Part shown: positions 57,901 through 64,000 of the stretch, piece after piece
Numbering within the stretch: position 1 is the stretch's first letter
Layout: each line of letters begins with the position of its first letter
NCBI GenBank assembly: GCA_002269645.1
Contig: NIVC01002997.1
Location: 1 to 64,000, forward strand
Length of the DNA stretch: 64,000 bases
Source of the DNA: Macrostomum lignano
Lineage: Eukaryota
Direction: 5' to 3'
Notes under the pieces: generated by a model
Told to the model about the DNA's origin: nothing
What the model saw: the letters and a program-made list of their open reading frames with translations, nothing else
Databases searched by the model: none
Made by a program: the position numbers and the translations under genes

Positions 57901-60900
57901 GAGTAGGAAGAAAATAGATCTGTCAATTATTCATGCCGGAGAATAGGCCAGAGCTCTGAGGCAAATGGCTAGTGGCTATGGAAAAGCTGGGTAAATAGAA
58001 AAAAAACTGTTAGAAGAGATCGGAGATGCAGATGGGAGCAAGATGGAATTGAATGGGTTGTGGCCATAGATGCCAGAATAACTAGGCATGTTGCCATGTA
58101 TCACTCTAAACAAATGCGCTCACCTACTCTTATTTCAGTAGCAAAATAGATACTTAAAGTTTTGCAGCTTAAGAAAATCCCCTCCGACTTTCTACAAGCA
58201 GACTTATTAGATCAGCATCCTCTGACCCTGCAGACCCCAGTCTGCCTCAGACTCAAGATTAATTTAAAAATTCATTTGGGACTAAAGATTTCAGGAAAAT
58301 TTCAAAAGCCAAATCCAGTGCGCCCAAGCCTCCAGCCAGGCCGATATACAGTTTGCTTCCTCTTGCCCGCTTGTGTCTGACTTGTCCTCTCTCCTTACTG
58401 CTCTCTCATTGGCTAAGCCAGATTGAGCCTGCCCCCTAGGCAGAGTTTCATCCGTCTGACTAATTTGACCTCTCTCCTTACTGCTCTCTCATTGGCTGAT
58501 ACTAAGTAAGTAATACTCCGCCGACAAAACTACTGAAAAAAGAGTAGATACTCCTTTTTCACAAACCTTAATTGCGAGTGGCGTATCCAGTTATTCTAGT
58601 ATCTGTGTAATACACAGATACACAGTTATTCTATCAATAGTGTCTGTGGAATACACACATACACACATACATCTGTGGTTGAGGAAGAAAACGATCTTTG
58701 CTATCCCCTTATTTGAAAAATTCCATGGCGTTTCCACCAAAACCCACCAAAATAATCTAAGCCTTTTCACAGGCCTGTTGTCTGTTTTTGGTAAAATTCT
58801 ACTCCCATTGAACTTGACCAAATCTCACAATTCTCCAATTCCAACCAATCAGCAACTCATGATGCTGAGTCAGCTGCTCATCACTGCCGAGGCTACCGTC
58901 TCTTGTCGACACATGCCAGAAGACGTGCTTGCTGGCTGCGTGATGGCTAATCTTGTATGGCTAAATTTATTTATAGTTTAAAGAAATTCTTTAGTAAAGT
59001 ACGATTATTTTAATTAATCAAAAATTAATTTCAGTTGATTTCCATATTTGGAACTTTAACTGGTCAAGGAATTGTGACAGCCTGCGACACTCTATTCTCG
59101 AGAGTATGTTTGAGTTTTTTCTTTACTGCTTCTTTGGATTACTTGAAACTTGGCTAGTGTATTTAGGAGCGTAGACTTTTACGCTGCGTAGTATTAATTA
59201 GCTATTAGTTCTGTTTGGGTGGGTGTCTCTCTGGGTAGAGGGGTATTGTCAATCTTATGAAAAATACTTTTCGTTGGCTAGAGGCTGTTTGGGTGGATGT
59301 GTATTTTAGGGCAGAGAGTTGTACATTCAGTTTTATGAGGAAGACTTTTTATTGGCTGGAGGCGGCTTGGGGTGGTTGTCGCTTTTAGGGCAGAGGGTCG
59401 TATAGTCAGTCGTTTGGGGGAAGACTTTTTATTGGCTGGAGGCTGTTTGGGGTGGGTGTCCGTCTGGGCAGAGGGTCAGCTAGCAAATGTACATCGTATA
59501 AAATCACAAATCTTACAGGCCATTGGAAACTCCGAGAGACGCAAGTTAACCATCTGTTTTCACCAGGCCCTGCAAATTCTCATATTTGTGGCCGTGCTAG
59601 TCTGGTCTTTGATCGTCATACTGGACAGGATTCTTCTGGCCTGCGGTCACAATCCAGCTGTGCTGATGCAAGTAGTCACTGATGTTTTGGAATAGCTGAA
59701 ATAGTTGGCTGTTTTTCCATTGACTGGTTAATTAATTTATTGATCAACTAACTAATCGATCGGTTTATTGATTGATACATTAATTGATTAATTGTTTGAG
59801 TGATTGATCAATTGATTGACAGTTTAATAAACTGATTGATCAATAGGTTCATCGTTATTAATGATGGATAGAATGAATTTTGATTGATTAATTGATTTAT
59901 TGACTAATTTTGAATTGATTGATTGGATTATTAACTGATTCATTGACAGACCATGATGTGTTATTTTATTGCAACCGATTGAAACCAACATTTCAGAATT
60001 GCAGGCCAATACCTGTTAATTTATTCGCCGGCAATACTGGTAAGGGTTTTGCTCCCATATGTTAATTCAATTCTCATCACTAGCGACAATAATTGAAGGA
60101 CAACCGAAAACCCCGTCAGGTGGAATACTGCTTCATTCTCCAGTCGCGCTACCTGCAATGCCAGGACCATGTCCGGATACCGGCTGTGTCAGCGGTGGCC
60201 GGCAACCTCATGCACATCCTGTTGCAGGCCGCCTTCTCAAAGCTGCTGCCGCCCGATCACAGGTCTTGCTGTTCTATATTAATTTTGCAGTCATTTCCTC
60301 TTGGTCTACTTGAAGTAGAAGTGTAACATAGGACGAATTTTTTCTCAATCATACAATTAATATTCGATTCTTATTGCTTCATAATTCAATAAATCATTGA
60401 TTCCGATTAAATCATACTAATAATGATCGATCACTATTGCATCATCATTCCAATATTGATCGATTTCTACTGCATCATCGCGTTAGTTATGATCGATTGG
60501 TATTACATCATAATTTAAAAGTTGACCCATTCCTATTGTCGAAGGACTGAGGGGGTCGCCACAAACCCTCAATTATCCAGCTAATGCTGGCACCCATTTT
60601 ACAGCTGGGTGAACTGAAGCAATGCAGAGTTAAGCGTCTTGCTCAAGGACAAAAATTGTTCCGAGTGAGTCGAGAATCGAACCCCCGACCTTCAAGTTTC
60701 GAGTCCGACGCTATAGCCACTAGGCTACAACCCCTTGATCGGTTAATATTACGTCATCATTTAAATTATGATTTATTCCCGCTGCAACAGCATCTCAAGA
60801 ATGATCTGTTGTAGTTGCAATGTTTTTTATAAATTTCGTTTACTCCTGCATCATCTTCAACATCTCTAACTTTCAGACTGGTCGCAGTGGCTCAAGCTCT

Positions 60901-63883
60901 GGCCATTGTTACAATGTTTGTCACAGAGTCAGCCTACGTGCAATACAAAGGTCTCCTGTACACCAGCGCAGACGACGTTCGGTGCGCTTTCGCTAGCAAC
61001 TGGTGGCCATTTCTTAAGCTGGCAATTCCGGGTTTTCTAGTCATCGTTTTGGAGAATCTCTGCTTTCGGATTGCTTCGATTTTGACTGCCTACGACGGTT
61101 CGAGTGTGCTGGGAGAGCAGGGAGTGGTTAATCAGGTTGAGACTCTGGTTTACTGTGTAAGTTCTGTTTAGTTGTTGTGTAAGAATCTCTGGTAGATTGC
61201 TAAGTATTTAGTGTGTCATTGTGTCTGTAGTTCCTGTCCTATTGTGTCTTTGTGTCTGTAGTTCCTGTCCTATTGTGTCTTTATGTCTGTAGTTCCTGTC
61301 AGCATATCCGAGGACTGCCAGCCGCTTCTCCGGGTGCCGGCTGCTCGTTCGCCTGCATAGGATGTAGCCGTCCGGATATGCTGATGACCTCGCCCTGCTG
61401 GCATCCACTGCTGCTGGTGCTCAACGCCTCCTCGACGGCCTAGCTGCTGCCGCTGCGAAGGTTGGCCTTAAGATCAACGCCAAGAAGACGGAGGTCCTGA
61501 CTGTGCCAGCCGATCTGCCAGCGGTCATCCGCCTTCCCAGCATGGACAGCGCAACGGCAGCACCGCTCCCCCGATGTGAGCAGTTCCGGTACCTTGGTGG
61601 TCTCGTGCCCAGCGTCCAGGAGGACCTGCGGCGTCGCAGAGGGCTTGCGTGGGCGGCTTTCCGCTCAGTGCGCATCGTGCTCCAAAGCGACGCCCTGCCA
61701 GACCAGCTGAGAACCAGACTGTTCCAGGCGGTGGTGGAAACGGTGCTCTTCTACAACGCCGAGACCTGGACCATGACGGATGTGCTGGAGCGCCAGCTGG
61801 ACGCGGCGCACTCCAGCCTGCTGCGCGCTGCCTTCAGCGTGCACCGTCACGCCGAACACGTCACCAACCAGGCTCTCTACCAGCGGGCCAAGCTGAGCCC
61901 TCCCAGCGTGACCCTGCGACAGCGCCGCCTGAAGCTGGCGGGCCACGTCATTCGCGCCGAGTCCTACTGCCCGGAGCCGCTGCAGGAGGTCTTGCTGTAC
62001 ACGCAGCAGGGCCCGTTCCGGCGGGGGCAGGCGCGGACCCGGAGGTTCGTCGACTGTCTGACAGAAGACGCCAGGGCGCCTGATCAGATCAATGGCGCTA
62101 CCTTCATCAGAGACTGCGCAGCTAAGCGTGCTTTTTGACAATGTCCCCCCCTTTCCTGACCACTTGTGGCCGGTGGCCATTGTATTTATTGTATTGTATT
62201 GTATTGTAGTTCCTGTCCTAGTGTGTTATTATGTCTGTAGTTCCTGTCCTATTGTGTCATTATGTCTGTAGTTCCTGTCCTATTGTGTCTTTGTGTCTGT
62301 AGTGCCTGTCCTATTGTGTCATTATGTCTGTAGTTCCTGTCCTAGTGTGTCTTTATATCTGTAGTGCCTGTCCTAGTGTGTCTTTATGTCTGTAGTTCCT
62401 GTCCTAGTGTGTCATTATGTCTGTAGTTCCTGTCCTAGTGTGTCTTTATGTCTGTAGTTCCTGTCCTATTGTGTCTTTATGTCTGTAGTTCCTGTCCTAT
62501 TGTGTCTTTGTGTCTGTAGTTCCTGTCCTAGTGTGTCATTGTGTCTGTAGTTCCTGTCCTAGTGTGTCTTTATATCTGTAGTGCCTGTCCTATTGTGTCA
62601 TTATGTCTGTAGTTCCTGTCCTAGTGTGTCTTTGTGTCTGTAGTTCCTGTCCTAGTGTGTCTTTATATCTGTAGTGCCTGTCCTAGTGTGTCTTTATGTC
62701 TGTAGTTCCTGTCCTAGTGTGTCATTATGTCTGTAGTTCCTGTCCTAGTGTGTCATTGTGTCTGTAGTTCCTGTCCTATTGTGTCTTTGTGTCTGTAGTT
62801 CCTGTCCTAGTGTGTCATTATGTCTGTATTGCCTGTCCTAGTGTGTCTTATGTCTGTATTGCCTGTCCTAGTGTGTCTTATGTCTGTATTGCCTGTCCTA
62901 GTGTGTCTTATGTCTGTATTGTATGTCCTAGTGTGTCTTTGTGGCTGTAGTTCCTGTCCTAGTGTGTCATTATGTCTGTAGTTCCTGTCCTAATGCGTCT
63001 TTGTGTCTGTATTGCCTGTCCTAGTGTGTCTTATGTCTGTATTGCCTGTCCTAGTGTGTCTTATGTCTGTATTGCCTGTCCTAGTGTGTCTTATGTCTGT
63101 ATTGCCTGTCCTAGTGTGTCTTATGTCTGTATTGTATGTCCTAGTGTGTCTTTGTGGCTGTAGTTCCTGTCCTAGTGTGTCATTATGTCTGTAGTTCCTG
63201 TCCTAATGCGTCTTTGTGTCTGTATTGCCTGTCCTAGTGTGTCATTATGTCTGTACTTTCTGTCCTAGTGCGTCTTTGTGTCTGTAGTTCCTGTCCTAGT
63301 GTGTCTTATGTCTGTATTGTATGTCCTAGTGTGTCTTTGTGTCTGTAGTTCCTGTCCTAGTGTATCTTTGCGTCTACAGCCTGTCCTAGTTTATTTGTGT
63401 CTGCAGTGCCTGTCCTAGTGTATCTTTGCGTCCGTCTCCAGTTTTTGTGTTTCTGTGGTCGTTTTTGTGTGCCTTTCTGTTCAGTGTGTCATGGCGTCTT
63501 TTATTCTCCATGATGTCTCTCAGTTTCTGTATTACTCCACCAAAGTATATCTTTGTTCGTGCTGTCTTCATGCGTTTAAATATGTATTGATTTTCGTACA
63601 CTCCAAGAGTCTAGTTGAAACTTGATCAGATTTCAAGACCCATGGGTAACTGCGGTCAGGGAAAAAACAAGATTGTAAATTTACCAAACTAGGAGACAAC
63701 ACCATCTGGTTGTGAGGTGCTGCAGATGTCAACTTGAAGACTAATTACTGCCAGTTATAAACTTTCCTTCGCAGATTCCGGCCAGTCTCGGCATTGCAGT
63801 GAGCATTCGAGTGGCTCGATCGCTGGGCGCCGGTGACCACAGCTTGGCTAAACGGTCATACAGGCTTGGTATGCTCATAGGAA
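54993..63883 (+). CDS. SLC47A: MATE (SLC47-like) transporter, 5' part; exons 54993-55139, 58853-58954, 59035-59103, 59519-59667, 59997-60039, 60120-60262, 60877-61156, 63775-63883, continuing beyond the window
   Basis: EIGRILRLAFPV|QL.., GIVTACDTLFSR, QSRYLQCQ, WWPFLKLAIPG..LENLCF and IPASLGIAVSIRVARSLGAG are MATE motifs. Phases are compatible given a GC donor at 59668. Confidence 0.88.
55183..56255 (+). repeat. 35-bp satellite (GTGAGATTCTAAAATCTCATCCTTTATCTGAGATA)n, interrupted by a SINE
   Basis: Directly visible; internal hairpin TGAGATT-CTAA-AATCTCA. Confidence 0.95.
55362..55719 (-). mobile_element. tRNA-derived SINE, most complete copy
   Basis: The minus-strand head GGCGTAGCCCAGCGGTAGC..GGCTCGATTCC has A and B boxes; A-rich tail at 55362-55369. 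Confidence 0.8.
56575..57612 (+). repeat. Modular satellite built on GCCAGTGAGA
   Basis: Directly visible. Confidence 0.95.
60526..60728 (-). mobile_element. Second tRNA-derived SINE family
   Basis: Reverse-complement head GTAGCCTAGTGGCTATAGCG..GGTTCGATTCTC; core GCTGGCACCCATTTTACAGCTGGGTGAACTG..AAGCGTCTTGCTCAAGG resembles widespread invertebrate SINE cores. Confidence 0.65.
61301..62207 (+). mobile_element. 5'-truncated, 5'-inverted RTE-like LINE with (TATTG)n tail
   Basis: GYADDLALL..GLKINAKKTE..FRYLG..LFYNAETW..QRRLKLAGHV* (stop at 62138); tail 62179-62207; 61301-61375 inverted. Confidence 0.88.
62208..63425 (+). repeat. About 30-bp satellite (TGTCTGTAGTTCCTGTCCTAGTGTGTCTT), with a few more units at 61210-61300
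   Basis: Directly visible; the LINE sits within the array. Confidence 0.95.
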
Positions 63884-64000
63884 GTGAGTATTGTGCATAT
63901 TGATCACTTATGAGTGGATTTTGTACCTGGATGGCTGGTAGATTTATAGGAGGTATTTTTTATTTTTGGGTCAACGTCGATCATAGACTGCAGTATCTGG

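Overview
Eukaryotic (animal, invertebrate-like) genomic DNA. The satellite-packed introns and GC-rich exons resemble the flatworm Macrostomum, but this cannot be verified here. 1-13693 is the right-hand part of an AT-rich Polinton/Maverick (adintovirus-like) endogenous dsDNA virus. It carries major capsid, A32/FtsK packaging ATPase, minor capsid, adenain-like protease, a modular fibre-like gene, accessory ORFs, protein-primed PolB and two GxG-motif core proteins; no integrase is in the window. It ends in ...TATACTACT at 13693, directly against a GC-rich Ty3/Gypsy pol (RT-RNaseH-IN, 13694-16497) with a PPT and a 175-bp 3' LTR, so the virus appears inserted into the retrotransposon. A 7TM-receptor-like terminal exon follows. 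The rest holds spliced host genes that I reconstructed by hand: a divergent scramblase-like gene, a two-domain CAP/GAPR-1-like gene, a canonical phospholipid scramblase, SECISBP2 and a MATE transporter running off the window end. Their introns contain many satellites, a foldback element, a satellite-carrying TIR element, a MITE, tRNA-derived SINEs and RTE-like LINE fragments. The most unusual signals are: (i) a family of GC-rich mini double hairpins in the Polinton, two of which are exact 30-nt frame-preserving inserts in the PolB and ATPase genes; (ii) an inverted internal copy of the viral terminus 270 bp inside the end; (iii) a twin-priming-type 5' inversion in an RTE-like LINE. Many viral ORFs are broken by single-base indels that may be assembly errors.
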